Below the pieces are notes generated by a model, which was not told the DNA's origin, ran no database searches, and saw only the letters and a list, made by a program, of their open reading frames with translations. From the NCBI GenBank assembly GCA_963761305.1, contig CAVXGK010000002.1, positions 2,496,001-2,560,000 on the forward strand: DNA of 64,000 nt, read 5' to 3'. This document shows positions 19,692-29,614 of this stretch, piece after piece (the stretch's first letter is position 1; each line of letters begins with the position of its first letter). This DNA is from an uncultured Gemmatimonadaceae bacterium (GTDB taxonomy: Bacteria; Gemmatimonadota; Gemmatimonadetes; Gemmatimonadales; Gemmatimonadaceae). Both the position numbers and the translations under genes were made by a program.

Positions 19692-19832
19692 CTCCGTTTG
19701 TGTCCGTTTTTTCACCGTCTGTGTCCGTGTCCCAATCGTCGAAGCTCAAGCGGGCGCTCGACTCTGTCGCGCCAACGCGAGCTCTAACGATTGTTGCACG
19801 GACACAAACGGATCCGACGGACACAAACGGAG
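19692..19832. repeat. Nested inverted repeat (REP/MITE-like)
   Basis: CTCCGTTTGTGTCCGT (19692-19707) is the exact reverse complement of 19817-19832. Inner arms 19715-19739 and 19787-19811 also pair. Confidence 0.85.
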
Positions 19833-19860
19833 ATTGCAAACGACGCTAACGAGGTCAGCG

Positions 19861-21714
19861 ATGACGAAATCGGGAAGGAGGGAGATTCCTTTGTTGGGTC
19901 TTGTCGCGGCGAGCCTCGGCGCTGGAATGGCGTCTCCGGCCGCGGTAAGGGCGCAGGAATCCACGATGCCGGCGTTCGCGTGCCGGTTCGTCATGATCCC
20001 GGCGCGCGACGGCGTGCATCTCAACACGAGCATCTGCGAGCCGCGCGCGGCCCATCCGGCGTTGCCGATCCTCATGACGCGCACGCCGTACGGAATCGCG
20101 GGCGACAGCGTCGTGTCGGTCGCCGACCGCTTCCTCGCCGCCGACGGCTACATCTTCGTCACGCAGGACATTCGCGGGCGCTATCGCAGCGAAGGTCAGT
20201 TCTTCATGAACCGGCCGCTCCACGATCCGCACGACCCGAAAGGCACGGACGAGAGCACCGACACGTACGACACCGTCGACTGGCTGATCAAGAACGTGCC
20301 GAACAACAACGGCCGCGTCGGCGTGTTCGGCGTGTCGTATCCCGGTTTCCTCGCCACGATGGCCGGCATCAATCCGCATCCGGCGGTCAAGGCCATCTCG
20401 CCACAAGCGCCGATGACGGACACCTGGATGGGCGACGACTTCTTCCATCAGGGCGCGTTCCGCCTGTCGTACGGCTTCGAGTACGCGAGCGATCTCGAGC
20501 TCAGCAAGGATCAGTCGGTTCCGTCACCCATCTCGCACTGGGACACGTACGACTGGTATCTCGAGCTCGGGCCGCTGTCGAACGCCGATTCGAAATACTT
20601 CCACGGCCGCGTCCCGACCTGGCAGGCATTCACGCAGCATCCGAGCTACGACGCGTACTGGCAAGCGCGCGCCGTCGAACGCGATCTCACGGCTCCGGCC
20701 GTGCCGACGCTGACCGTCGGCGGCTGGTGGGATCAGGAAGACCGCTGGGGTCCGCTCGCCACGTACAAGGCGCTCGAGCCGGGCGATACCAAGCACTGGA
20801 ACTTCCTGGTCATGGGTCCGTGGAATCACGGCGGCTGGCGCAACCAGGCACGCGCGATGGCGGTCGTCGACCCGGGCACAGCCGACGCCTTCATGCGCGA
20901 CGTCGAGGCGCCGTGGTTCGCGTATTGGCTGCACGACAAGGGAAGCATGAGCGAACCCACCGCGTATCTCTACGACGCGGGCGCCAAGCGCTGGCGCTCA
21001 TTCGAAACGTGGCCGCCGAAATCGAGTGCGTCCGATGAGAAGATCTATCTGCACTCCGGTGGACTTCTCTCGTTCGACGCGCCGAAGTCGGAATCGATGC
21101 CGTACGATCAGTTCGTCGCCGATCCGGCGCATCCGGTTCCGTATCGGCCGCGTCCCGTCGAGCAGACGTACGATCCCCGCGGCTCGCGCTGGCGCACCTG
21201 GGAAACGCAGGACCAACGCTTCGTGCAGGGCCGGCCCGACGTCCTCACGTGGGAATCGCCGCCGCTGACCAGCGACGTGACGATCGCCGGTGACGTGATC
21301 GCACACCTCATGGCGTCGACGACAGGACAGGACGCCGATTGGGTGGTGAAGCTGATCGACGTCTTCCCCGACAGCCTGCCCGACCACTGGGACTGGGGCG
21401 GCTACCAGCTCATGGTCGCGCACGAGATCATGCGCGGCCGGTACCGCGAAGGCTTCTCGACGCCCAGGCCCATTCCGTCCAACATGCCGCTTCCCTTCAC
21501 CGTCGATCTCCACCAGCAGACGTACACGTTCGCCAAGGGCCACCGCATGATGGTGCAAGTGCAGAGCAGCTGGTTTCCGCTCTACGATCGCAATCCGCAA
21601 ACCTGGGTGCCGAACATCTTTCAGGCGAAGGCGAGCGACTTCAAGGCCGAGACGCACCGCGTGTATCACTCGCCGGAACAACCGTCGTACGTCGCGGTGA
21701 CCGTGCTGCGCTGA
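19861..21714 (+). CDS. CocE/NonD family hydrolase (alpha-amino acid ester hydrolase-like), secreted
   Basis: Signal peptide ending VRA-Q, RTPY, QDIRGRYRSEG, nucleophile GVSYPG, GPWNHG and WFPLYDRNPQ. Confidence 0.9.
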   Translation: MTKSGRREIPLLGLVAASLGAGMASPAAVRAQESTMPAFACRFVMIPARDGVHLNTSICEPRAAHPALPILMTRTPYGIAGDSVVSVADRFLAADGYIFVTQDIRGRYRSEGQFFMNRPLHDPHDPKGTDESTDTYDTVDWLIKNVPNNNGRVGVFGVSYPGFLATMAGINPHPAVKAISPQAPMTDTWMGDDFFHQGAFRLSYGFEYASDLELSKDQSVPSPISHWDTYDWYLELGPLSNADSKYFHGRVPTWQAFTQHPSYDAYWQARAVERDLTAPAVPTLTVGGWWDQEDRWGPLATYKALEPGDTKHWNFLVMGPWNHGGWRNQARAMAVVDPGTADAFMRDVEAPWFAYWLHDKGSMSEPTAYLYDAGAKRWRSFETWPPKSSASDEKIYLHSGGLLSFDAPKSESMPYDQFVADPAHPVPYRPRPVEQTYDPRGSRWRTWETQDQRFVQGRPDVLTWESPPLTSDVTIAGDVIAHLMASTTGQDADWVVKLIDVFPDSLPDHWDWGGYQLMVAHEIMRGRYREGFSTPRPIPSNMPLPFTVDLHQQTYTFAKGHRMMVQVQSSWFPLYDRNPQTWVPNIFQAKASDFKAETHRVYHSPEQPSYVAVTVLR

Positions 21715-21717
21715 TCG

Positions 21718-24429
21718 TCAGTCGGCTCGCAACGCGATGTTGGGATCGACCCTCGCCGCGCGCGCGGCCGGCACCACGCTGGCGGCGATCGCGACGAGCA
21801 ACATGATCGCGGCAACGGTCGCGTACGTCAGCGGATCCTTCGCCGATTCTCCGTATAGCAGCGGCTGAATCCAGCGCGACGCACCCAGCGCGACGAGAAC
21901 GCCGAGTCCGACGGCCGCGGCGACGAACGCGAGCCCCTGGCGCGCGACGATCGCCAGCACGTTTCGCGAGCTCGCGCCGAGGGCAATCCGCACGCCGATC
22001 TCGTGCCGCCGCTGCGCGACGTCGTACGCGACGACGCCATAGAGACCGACCGCCGCGACGATCAGCGCCAGCACACCGAACGTCGTGAACAGAATTGCGC
22101 CAAGACTCCACGAGCGACGCGAACCGTCGAGCAGCTCGGCCATCGGCCGCACGACGACGAACCCATCGCCCGGCATCGCCGCCTGAAGCGCTCGTCGCAC
22201 GCGCTCCGGTCCGTCGGTCACCTGCGGCGCGAGTCGCACGAGAATCGTCGACGCCCAAGCGGGGTTCGCTTGGTCGACCGGGATGTAGTACGCGAACCGC
22301 TGCTCGTCGGTGATGGTTTGCATCGCGGCGTCTTCCGCGATCCCGACGACCGTCGTGCACGGCGGCCGGGCGTCGGGGCGAAGCGAATTCCAGCCAACGT
22401 GAATGCACTGCCCGATCGGATCCTTGTTCGGCCAGAGAACGCGCCCCATCGCCTGGCTCACGACGGTCACGAGCGGAGCGCCGGCCCGATCCGACGCGTC
22501 GAACGCGCGGCCGCGCAGGATCCTCGTCTTCATGACGGCGAAGTACTCGGGCGTCGTCATCTGAAAGTTGAAGCGCCCCAGCCGCCCGACCGAATCGATT
22601 CCCGGCACCGTGAGGTACGCCGTGTTGGTGCTGAACAGCAGGCTGTTCACGCGAGTGGCCGACTCGGCGCCGGGAATCGATCTTGCCGCCTCGACGAGCC
22701 TACGGCGAATGGCGACCGAGGTCGCGCTGTCCGTCTCGAAACCGCGAAAGTCGAGATGCGCCTCGACGACGTTGGTCGCGTCGTACCCGAGCGGGATCGA
22801 CATGACGTTGCGCAGGCTGCGAACGAAGAGCGCCGCTCCGATGAGCAGCATGACGGAGAGCGCGCCCTGCGCGACCAATAGCGCGGAGCGAATTCGCGAC
22901 TGCTGAACGACACCACCGCGCGCCCCCGCCTTGAGCGCGCCAGTGAGATCCGACCGCGTCGCGAGAATCGCCGGACCGACGGCGACGAGGAGCGCCGAAG
23001 CGAACGCGCAAACGGCCGCCGCGCCCATGGTTCGCCAATCCAGGACGAACCCCGAGGTCGTGACTTGAGCGAGGAGGAATCGTTGCACCGCGACGCCGCC
23101 CCACTGCGCGGCAAACAATCCGGCGGCGCACCCGAGGAGCGCCAGCAGCGCGCCCTCGACGATGAACTGGCTCACGAGACGCCGCCGGCTGACGCCGAGC
23201 GCAAGTCGCACCGCGATCTCGCGACGCCGCCGCAGCACGCGAGCGAAAAGCAGGTTGGCCACATTGGCGCACGCGATGAGCAACACGATGCCGGCGACGC
23301 CGGCCACCCACAGCAACACTCGCGATTCCAATCCGGCGTCAGGCGCCGCCCACGCGCGAAGGGATCCCTCGAACGCCCGCGGTCGGGCGATCGAGTCGGG
23401 CGTCAGAACCGGATTGATCGAACGCTGGACCCGTCGGCTCTGAACGAACGCATTGGTGAGGTCGGTGCTCGCCGCCTGGTCCGAGACGCCGGCGCGCCGG
23501 CGAACGACGATCTCGGTCCAATCCCAGATGTAGGCGGTGCGATAGGCGCCACGGTCGCCAGGATTGACGTTCGCCGGCACCGTCGCGATCGGAATGAACA
23601 GATCCGGCTCCGAGCCGCTGTTCGCCGTTCCAACAAAGCCCTCGGGCGCGACGCCGACGATGGTGTACTTCCCGAGCCCGATCTGCATCGGTTCGCCGAG
23701 GACGTTTCGTCCGGCGAACTGGGATCGCCAATACGCATAGCTGAGCACCGCGACGCGTGTTCCGTCCGGCGCTGCGTCCTCGACGGCGGTGAAGTAGCGG
23801 CCCAACACCGGCTTCGCGTCGAAGAAATCGAACAACGCCGCGCCGACCCCGTCGACGTGCTGCACGCGTGTGTTCTGTCCGGTGCCGACGGCGAGGCGCC
23901 AATGAGAGACGGGCGCGATCTGAGAGAAGGACCGCGACGCGCGCGCGAAGTCGAGATAGCGCGTGTACGATGTCGTCGCGTAGGTGTTCGTGCGTCCACG
24001 CAGCGTCGTGCGCATGTAGACGCCGTGTACGTCATTCGGCGCGCGCATGTACGCGAATGGCCGGAACATCAGCCGATCGATGACGGCGAACATCGTCGCG
24101 TTGGCACCAATGCCGAGCGCGAGCGTGATGACGACGGTGGCGGTGAATCCCGGCGACCGGCGGAGCCCACGTATCGCGTAGCGAACGTCGTGGATCAATG
24201 CGTCGAGCGCGGGAAAACCCCACGCGTCGCGACTCGCCTCGCGAGCACGCAGCGTGCTGCCGACCTGTCGCCGCGCTTCGGCGCGAGCCTCGGCGGCGCT
24301 CATGCCCTCGTGCTCCAGATCGCGCGCGAGCAACTCGGCGTGCGCGTCCAATTCGCTCGCCAGCTCGCGCTCGAGGTCGCGGCGGCGGACCCACGCCGTG
24401 GCACGCCGCCAGAGCTCGCCGAGCGTCAC
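21718..24429 (-). CDS. Duplicated orphan ABC permease (ADOP, MacB/FtsX repeats)
   Basis: DVRYAIRGLRRSPGF...LALGIGANATMF, LLIACANVANLL, RRREIAVRLALG and ARRAARVDP-type C-terminus. No ATPase domain. Confidence 0.92.
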   Translation of the reverse strand: MTLGELWRRATAWVRRRDLERELASELDAHAELLARDLEHEGMSAAEARAEARRQVGSTLRAREASRDAWGFPALDALIHDVRYAIRGLRRSPGFTATVVITLALGIGANATMFAVIDRLMFRPFAYMRAPNDVHGVYMRTTLRGRTNTYATTSYTRYLDFARASRSFSQIAPVSHWRLAVGTGQNTRVQHVDGVGAALFDFFDAKPVLGRYFTAVEDAAPDGTRVAVLSYAYWRSQFAGRNVLGEPMQIGLGKYTIVGVAPEGFVGTANSGSEPDLFIPIATVPANVNPGDRGAYRTAYIWDWTEIVVRRRAGVSDQAASTDLTNAFVQSRRVQRSINPVLTPDSIARPRAFEGSLRAWAAPDAGLESRVLLWVAGVAGIVLLIACANVANLLFARVLRRRREIAVRLALGVSRRRLVSQFIVEGALLALLGCAAGLFAAQWGGVAVQRFLLAQVTTSGFVLDWRTMGAAAVCAFASALLVAVGPAILATRSDLTGALKAGARGGVVQQSRIRSALLVAQGALSVMLLIGAALFVRSLRNVMSIPLGYDATNVVEAHLDFRGFETDSATSVAIRRRLVEAARSIPGAESATRVNSLLFSTNTAYLTVPGIDSVGRLGRFNFQMTTPEYFAVMKTRILRGRAFDASDRAGAPLVTVVSQAMGRVLWPNKDPIGQCIHVGWNSLRPDARPPCTTVVGIAEDAAMQTITDEQRFAYYIPVDQANPAWASTILVRLAPQVTDGPERVRRALQAAMPGDGFVVVRPMAELLDGSRRSWSLGAILFTTFGVLALIVAAVGLYGVVAYDVAQRRHEIGVRIALGASSRNVLAIVARQGLAFVAAAVGLGVLVALGASRWIQPLLYGESAKDPLTYATVAAIMLLVAIAASVVPAARAARVDPNIALRAD

Positions 24430-24764
24430 GACTCCGCTCCTTTGAGCACGCGCATGGTCGCGGCCACTGCGCGCTGGAAGTCGGATTCTTCCTGGCCGAG
24501 CTGACGGCGACCCGCCGCGGTGAGGCGATAGTAGCGCGCGGTTCTTCCGGTCGGCGACTTCTTGAGCTCCGAGGTGATCCAGCCTTTGGCCTGCATCCGC
24601 TGGAGCGCCGGATAAAGCGAGCCTTCCTCTACCCGTAGCGCGTCGCGTGAGAGTCGCTTGATGTGCTGCGCGAGACCGTATCCGTGGAACGTGCTCGCGG
24701 ACAGCGTCTTGAGGACGAGAAGGTCGAGCGTACCGGCGAGGACCTGTGAGCGCGGATCGTCCAT
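24426..24764 (-). CDS. PadR family transcriptional regulator (acidobacterial type)
   Basis: GTLDLLVLKTL...HGYG...VEEGSLYPALQR...YYRLTAAGRRQL. GTGA overlap with the permease. Confidence 0.93.
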   Translation of the reverse strand: MDDPRSQVLAGTLDLLVLKTLSASTFHGYGLAQHIKRLSRDALRVEEGSLYPALQRMQAKGWITSELKKSPTGRTARYYRLTAAGRRQLGQEESDFQRAVAATMRVLKGAES

Positions 24765-24857
24765 GATGGTCAGGGCTATGGTTGTCACGTCTAGGTATAC
24801 GTCGGACACCGAGGCGGATCAAATGGTTGGGACGATGCTGGGAACGGTGGGCGGAGA

Positions 24858-25046
24858 GGAGTGCGGAGGCGGGGTGCGGAGAACTGGAACGAGTTCGGAG
24901 GCGGGGTGCGGAGAACTGGAACGAGTGCGGGGACGGAGTGCGGGGACGGAGTGCGGGGAGTTAGGTCTCCGCACGCCGTCTCGGCACCCGTCCCGGGTCT
25001 CCGCACTCCGTCTCCGCACCCGTCCCGGGTTCCCGCACCCGTCCCA
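24858..25046. repeat. Composite direct plus inverted intergenic repeat
   Basis: 31-bp direct repeat (24864-24894, 24896-24926), 13-bp GTGCGGGGACGGA units, then complementary CTCCGCAC/CCCGTCCC units at 24968-25046. Confidence 0.85.
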
Positions 25047-25102
25047 GCAGCGGCCCAGCACCGTCCCTTGGCACGGCGGCGGTTCGAGAGGTATCCTGAG
25101 GT

Positions 25103-26383
25103 ATGCGGTTCCATACCTACACCAAGTTCAGCCCCGAGCTCGCCGACGCGATCGACCTGCAATCGCTGCTCGACAAGCTCGCCGATTTCCTGTTGCAATC
25201 GGGCTTCGCCGGCGGCGACAACCAGTCGTACTACGGCTGGGACACCGGCGACGAACAGAATCGCTCGCTCGACGCGCTCAAGCAGGCGATCCTCGACGCG
25301 CTCATGGAGAGCGGACAGTTCACGCCGGAGATGCTCGACGCGCTCCGCGGCGGCGACGACGAAGAGGGACAGACCAAGCTCGCCCAGCTCCTCGACCAGC
25401 TCGTCCAACGCCTGATCGAAGAGGGCTACCTCAACGTCGAGAACGCGCCGCAGATGCCCGCCGGGCACCAGGCCGTCACCGGCCCCGGCGGTCTCGCCAA
25501 GGCCGCCGCCCGCGACGTGAACTTCAATCTCACCGACAAGGGCATCGACTTCCTCGGCTATAAGACTTTACGCAATCTTCTTGGGTCTTTAGGGAGGTCT
25601 AGTTTCGGCTCGCACGATACCGCGTACCTTGCCACGGGTATCGAGGCCGACGGGTGGAGCAAGCCGTACGAATTCGGCGACGTGCTCAACATCGACGTCA
25701 ACGAGACGCTCAAGAATTCGCTGGCGCGCACGGGCAAGATCGAAGTCCCGATGGACCTCGACTACTCGGATCTCATGGTGCGTCAGGCCGAGTACCGGTC
25801 GTCGTGCGCGACGGTGCTGATGCTCGACTGCTCGCACTCGATGATCCTGTACGGAGAGGACCGGTTCACGCCGGCCAAGAAAGTCGCGCTGGCGCTCACC
25901 CACCTGATCCGCACGCAATTCCCCGGCGACACGCTCAAGGTGGTGCTCTTCCACGACTCGGCGGAAGAAATTCCGCTGGCGACGCTGGCGACGGCTCAGG
26001 TGGGACCGTACCACACGAACACCGCCGAAGGGCTGAAGCTCGCGCGGCGCCTGCTGCTCGCCCAGAAGAAGGACATGCGGCAGATCATCATGATCACCGA
26101 CGGGAAGCCGAGCGCGCTGACGCTGCCCAACGGGCAGATCTATAAGAATTCGTTCGGCCTGGACACCACGGTGATCGCGCAGACGATTCGTGAAGTGGCC
26201 AACTGCCGGCGGTCGGGGATCATGATCAACACGTTCATGCTCGCCCGCGACCGCATGCTCGTCGAGTTCGTGAAGCGGGTGTCGGAAATCAGCAAAGGCA
26301 AAGCCTACTTCACCTCGACGATGACGCTGGGGCAGTTCATCCTTATGGACTTCCTCAAGCGGAAGACGCGAAAGGTCAGCTAG
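25103..26383 (+). CDS. VWA domain-containing protein (partner type of chelatase-like AAA ATPases)
   Basis: MIDAS motif [13 protein letters not shown] and [10 protein letters not shown]. Confidence 0.88.
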   Translation: MRFHTYTKFSPELADAIDLQSLLDKLADFLLQSGFAGGDNQSYYGWDTGDEQNRSLDALKQAILDALMESGQFTPEMLDALRGGDDEEGQTKLAQLLDQLVQRLIEEGYLNVENAPQMPAGHQAVTGPGGLAKAAARDVNFNLTDKGIDFLGYKTLRNLLGSLGRSSFGSHDTAYLATGIEADGWSKPYEFGDVLNIDVNETLKNSLARTGKIEVPMDLDYSDLMVRQAEYRSSCATVLMLDCSHSMILYGEDRFTPAKKVALALTHLIRTQFPGDTLKVVLFHDSAEEIPLATLATAQVGPYHTNTAEGLKLARRLLLAQKKDMRQIIMITDGKPSALTLPNGQIYKNSFGLDTTVIAQTIREVANCRRSGIMINTFMLARDRMLVEFVKRVSEISKGKAYFTSTMTLGQFILMDFLKRKTRKVS

Positions 26384-26432
26384 GAGACCGCGTTCGAGGG
26401 CTTGTTGGGTGAACGCCCACCCTTGCGGCCCA

Positions 26433-26458
26433 TTGACATAGCTAGTTATGCCTAGCTA
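26433..26458 (+). promoter_or_regulatory. -35 box plus palindromic operator upstream of padR
   Basis: TTGACA (26433-26438) directly followed by TAGCTAG-N6-CTAGCTA. Confidence 0.7.
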
Positions 26459-26468
26459 ACTATATGTC

Positions 26469-26804
26469 ATGCCACGAGGCAAAAACGACATCCTCCAGGG
26501 CACGCTCGCCCTGATCGTCCTCCGCACGCTCGACACGCAGGGACCGCTGCATGGGTACGCGATCACGTCCCACATCCAGCGCGTCTCGGCGGATCTCCTG
26601 CGCGTGGAAGAAGGGTCGCTCTACCCGGCCCTCCATCGCATGGCACAGGACGGATGGCTTCGCGCCGAGTGGGGGGTCACCGAGAAAAAGCGCGAGGCCA
26701 AGTTTTATGGCATCACCGCCGCAGGTCGAAAACAGCTCGCGCTCGAGCAGGAGAGCTGGAACCGACTGCGACAGGGCGTCGCGCGCGTCCTCCGGTACGC
26801 CTGA
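26469..26804 (+). CDS. PadR family transcriptional regulator (acidobacterial type)
   Basis: LQGTLALIVL, HGYAI, VEEGSLYPALHR and ITAAGRKQL. Confidence 0.93.
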   Translation: MPRGKNDILQGTLALIVLRTLDTQGPLHGYAITSHIQRVSADLLRVEEGSLYPALHRMAQDGWLRAEWGVTEKKREAKFYGITAAGRKQLALEQESWNRLRQGVARVLRYA

Positions 26805-26833
26805 TCGCTCGACCAACTGCTGGAGCTCCCTTC

Positions 26834-29503
26834 ATGTCCTGGTTCTCCCGTCTCAGGAACCACGTGCGTTCCAATGCCGTCTCACAAGAGATCGATCGCG
26901 AGATGGCGTTTCACGTCGGTGAACGCGTGGACGAGCTCGTCGCGCGTGGCATGGCCCGGGAGGACGCCGAGCGCGAAGCGCGACGACGATTCGGCAACCG
27001 GACATATCAGAAGGAGCGCACCCGCGAGCGTGACCTGTTGGCCTGGCTCGATACGGTCATCGGCGATGTGCGCTATGCGCTGCGATCGCTCCGCTCGACC
27101 CCCGCGTTCACGCTCGTTGCCGTCCTCTCGCTGGCATTAGGGATCGGCGCGAACACCGCGATCTTCAGCGTCCTCGACGCCGTGCTGCTCAAGTCGCTCC
27201 CGGTGAGCCACCCCGACGAACTCGTCTCCCTGACGCGCGCGGAACGCGGCGACTCGTTCACCAATCCACTCTGGGAATCCGTCCGCAACCATCAGGACGT
27301 GTTCAGCGGCGCATTCGCCTTCGGCGACGACAAGTTCAGTCTCACCAACGGCGGCGAGGCGCGACGAATCAGCGGAGCCTATGTGAGCGGCGACTTCTTC
27401 TCGACGCTCGGCGTGACGACGCTCCTCGGCAGGCCAATCGTGAGGGGCGATGACGAACGGGGCTGCCCCGGCGTCGCCGTATTGAGCTACGGCTATTGGA
27501 ACGACACGTACAATGCCGATCCGAACGTCATCGGCCATACGATTCCCCTCGACGCGCACCCGTTCACTATCATCGGCGTGACGAAGCCTGGATTCTTCGG
27601 CGTGAGCGTGGGGCAGCGTCCGCAAGTCTACGTGCCGCTTTGCTCCGAAGCGCTCGTTTACGGTGCCAACAGCTCGCTCGACGACCGCAGCACCTGGTTC
27701 CTCCAGGTCGTCGGCCGGCCGAAAGCGGGCGTGATGCTGGCACAGGTCAACGCGCGCCTCGCCGCGCTCTCGCCGGCGATCGACAGCGAGACCGCCCCGG
27801 TCGGTGGTATGGCCAAGATGGTCAGCGCTTATCTCACCGTGAAGATCTCCGCGGAGCCGGCGGCGAGGGGCTTCTCCGAGCTGCGCACGACCTACAAGAA
27901 AGGCCTGTACATCCTCATGATGATCGTGGGGCTGGTGCTGTTCGTCGCCTGCGCGAACGTCATCAACCTGCTGCTCGCCCGCGCAGCGGTCCGTCAGCGC
28001 GAGATGGCGGTGCGGCTTGCCCTCGGCGCGGGTCGCGGGCGCCTCGCGCGACAAATGCTCACCGAGAGCTTGCTGCTCTCGAGCGCGGGCACGCTGATCG
28101 GCGGTGTGTTCGCTGTGTGGGGCAGTCGCTCACTCGTCGCGCTGCTCTCGCGAAGCAACCACGTCATCTCGCTCGACTTGGGGCTCGATGGTCGAGTGCT
28201 CGCCTTCACGATCGCGGTGTGCGCCGTGACCGGACTGCTGTTCGGTCTCGCGCCGGCGTGGCGCGCCGGACGCGTCGATCCGCAGCTGGCGATGAAAGCG
28301 CAGGGGCGCGGTGTCGCCGACGGACGCCTCGTCGCGACGAAGTCGCTCGTCGTGGGGCAGGTCGCGCTGTCGCTCGTGCTCATCGCGTGCGCGGGGCTGC
28401 TCCTCGCGAGCTGGCGCAACCTGGCGACGATCGACACGGGCTTCCGCCGAGATCACGTGCTGCTCGTCAATGCCGACCTTGCGAACACGCAGACGCCCAG
28501 CGATCTCCGGTCCGCGCTGTTCGCGCAGGCGCTCGAGCGTTTGCGCGCCACTCCCGCCGTTCTTGGGGCGGGCGGGGCTCTGATCACGCCGGTGAGCGGA
28601 TCAGGTTGGAACGACCGCGTGACGACCGACGGTTATGTGCCGGCGTCCGACAAGGAAGCGATGTCGTGGGCGAACGCGGTTACCGACGGCTATTTCGACG
28701 CGCTCGGCGTGCGACGGATCGCCGGGCGCGACTTCGACGCGACCGATACACCACACTCGGCGCGTGTCGCCATCGTCGACGAGTCGATGGCGAAGAAGTA
28801 CTTTCGTACGCCCAATGCCGTCGGTAAGCGGTTTCGGGTCGGCAGGGGAGACGGCGGACCGCTCATCGAAGTGATCGGCGTCGTCGCCGACACGAAGTAC
28901 AAGTCGCTCCGCGATTCCGCGCAACCGATCATCTACTATCCGGTCGCCCAGCAGCCGGCTGGCGCGCAGCGACTTGCGTTCGTCATTCGAACGAAGGGTC
29001 CCGCCGTCGATGCCATTCCCGGAGTGAAGGCGGCGATCGGCGAGATCAATTCGAACGTGATGTTCGACATCGTCCCGCTCGAACGCCAGTTGAGCGAATC
29101 GCTCGGCTTGCCGCGCGCGATCGGTGCGTTGTCCGGAATCTTCGGCGGGCTCGCGGTGGTGCTCGCGGCGATCGGACTCTACGGATTGATGGCGTACAGC
29201 GTCGCGCGGCGGCGCAACGAGATAGGCGTGCGAATCGCGCTCGGCGCCGGCCGGTCGCGAATCGTGCGGATGGTGCTCGGTGATGTCGGACGCATCGTCA
29301 CGATCGGCGTGGTGATCGGGCTGGCGCTCTCGTTCAGCGCTCGGAAACTCGTCGTCGGGTTCCTCTACGGCATCGCGCCGGACGACAGTCGCACACTCGT
29401 CGGATCGGCGGCGCTCCTCGGCGCGATCGCTCTCGTGGCCGTGGCCCTTCCTGCGTGGAGAGCGGCATCGCTCGATCCGGTGGCGGCGCTCAGGGAGGAG
29501 TAA
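26834..29503 (+). CDS. Duplicated orphan ABC permease (ADOP)
   Basis: EIDREMAFH, ARRRFGN, DVRYALRSL...LALGIGANTAIFS and duplicated FtsX segments. Confidence 0.93.
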   Translation: MSWFSRLRNHVRSNAVSQEIDREMAFHVGERVDELVARGMAREDAEREARRRFGNRTYQKERTRERDLLAWLDTVIGDVRYALRSLRSTPAFTLVAVLSLALGIGANTAIFSVLDAVLLKSLPVSHPDELVSLTRAERGDSFTNPLWESVRNHQDVFSGAFAFGDDKFSLTNGGEARRISGAYVSGDFFSTLGVTTLLGRPIVRGDDERGCPGVAVLSYGYWNDTYNADPNVIGHTIPLDAHPFTIIGVTKPGFFGVSVGQRPQVYVPLCSEALVYGANSSLDDRSTWFLQVVGRPKAGVMLAQVNARLAALSPAIDSETAPVGGMAKMVSAYLTVKISAEPAARGFSELRTTYKKGLYILMMIVGLVLFVACANVINLLLARAAVRQREMAVRLALGAGRGRLARQMLTESLLLSSAGTLIGGVFAVWGSRSLVALLSRSNHVISLDLGLDGRVLAFTIAVCAVTGLLFGLAPAWRAGRVDPQLAMKAQGRGVADGRLVATKSLVVGQVALSLVLIACAGLLLASWRNLATIDTGFRRDHVLLVNADLANTQTPSDLRSALFAQALERLRATPAVLGAGGALITPVSGSGWNDRVTTDGYVPASDKEAMSWANAVTDGYFDALGVRRIAGRDFDATDTPHSARVAIVDESMAKKYFRTPNAVGKRFRVGRGDGGPLIEVIGVVADTKYKSLRDSAQPIIYYPVAQQPAGAQRLAFVIRTKGPAVDAIPGVKAAIGEINSNVMFDIVPLERQLSESLGLPRAIGALSGIFGGLAVVLAAIGLYGLMAYSVARRRNEIGVRIALGAGRSRIVRMVLGDVGRIVTIGVVIGLALSFSARKLVVGFLYGIAPDDSRTLVGSAALLGAIALVAVALPAWRAASLDPVAALREE

Positions 29504-29614
29504 CCGCAGCAGTTGCGGCACCATCGCAGCGCCTTCGGCTGACAATCGTGGAAACCTTCGCTGCACGTCGTCAAGCTCAGCGTGCTCGGCTTCGTCGGGC
29601 TTCGGATCAGCTAG

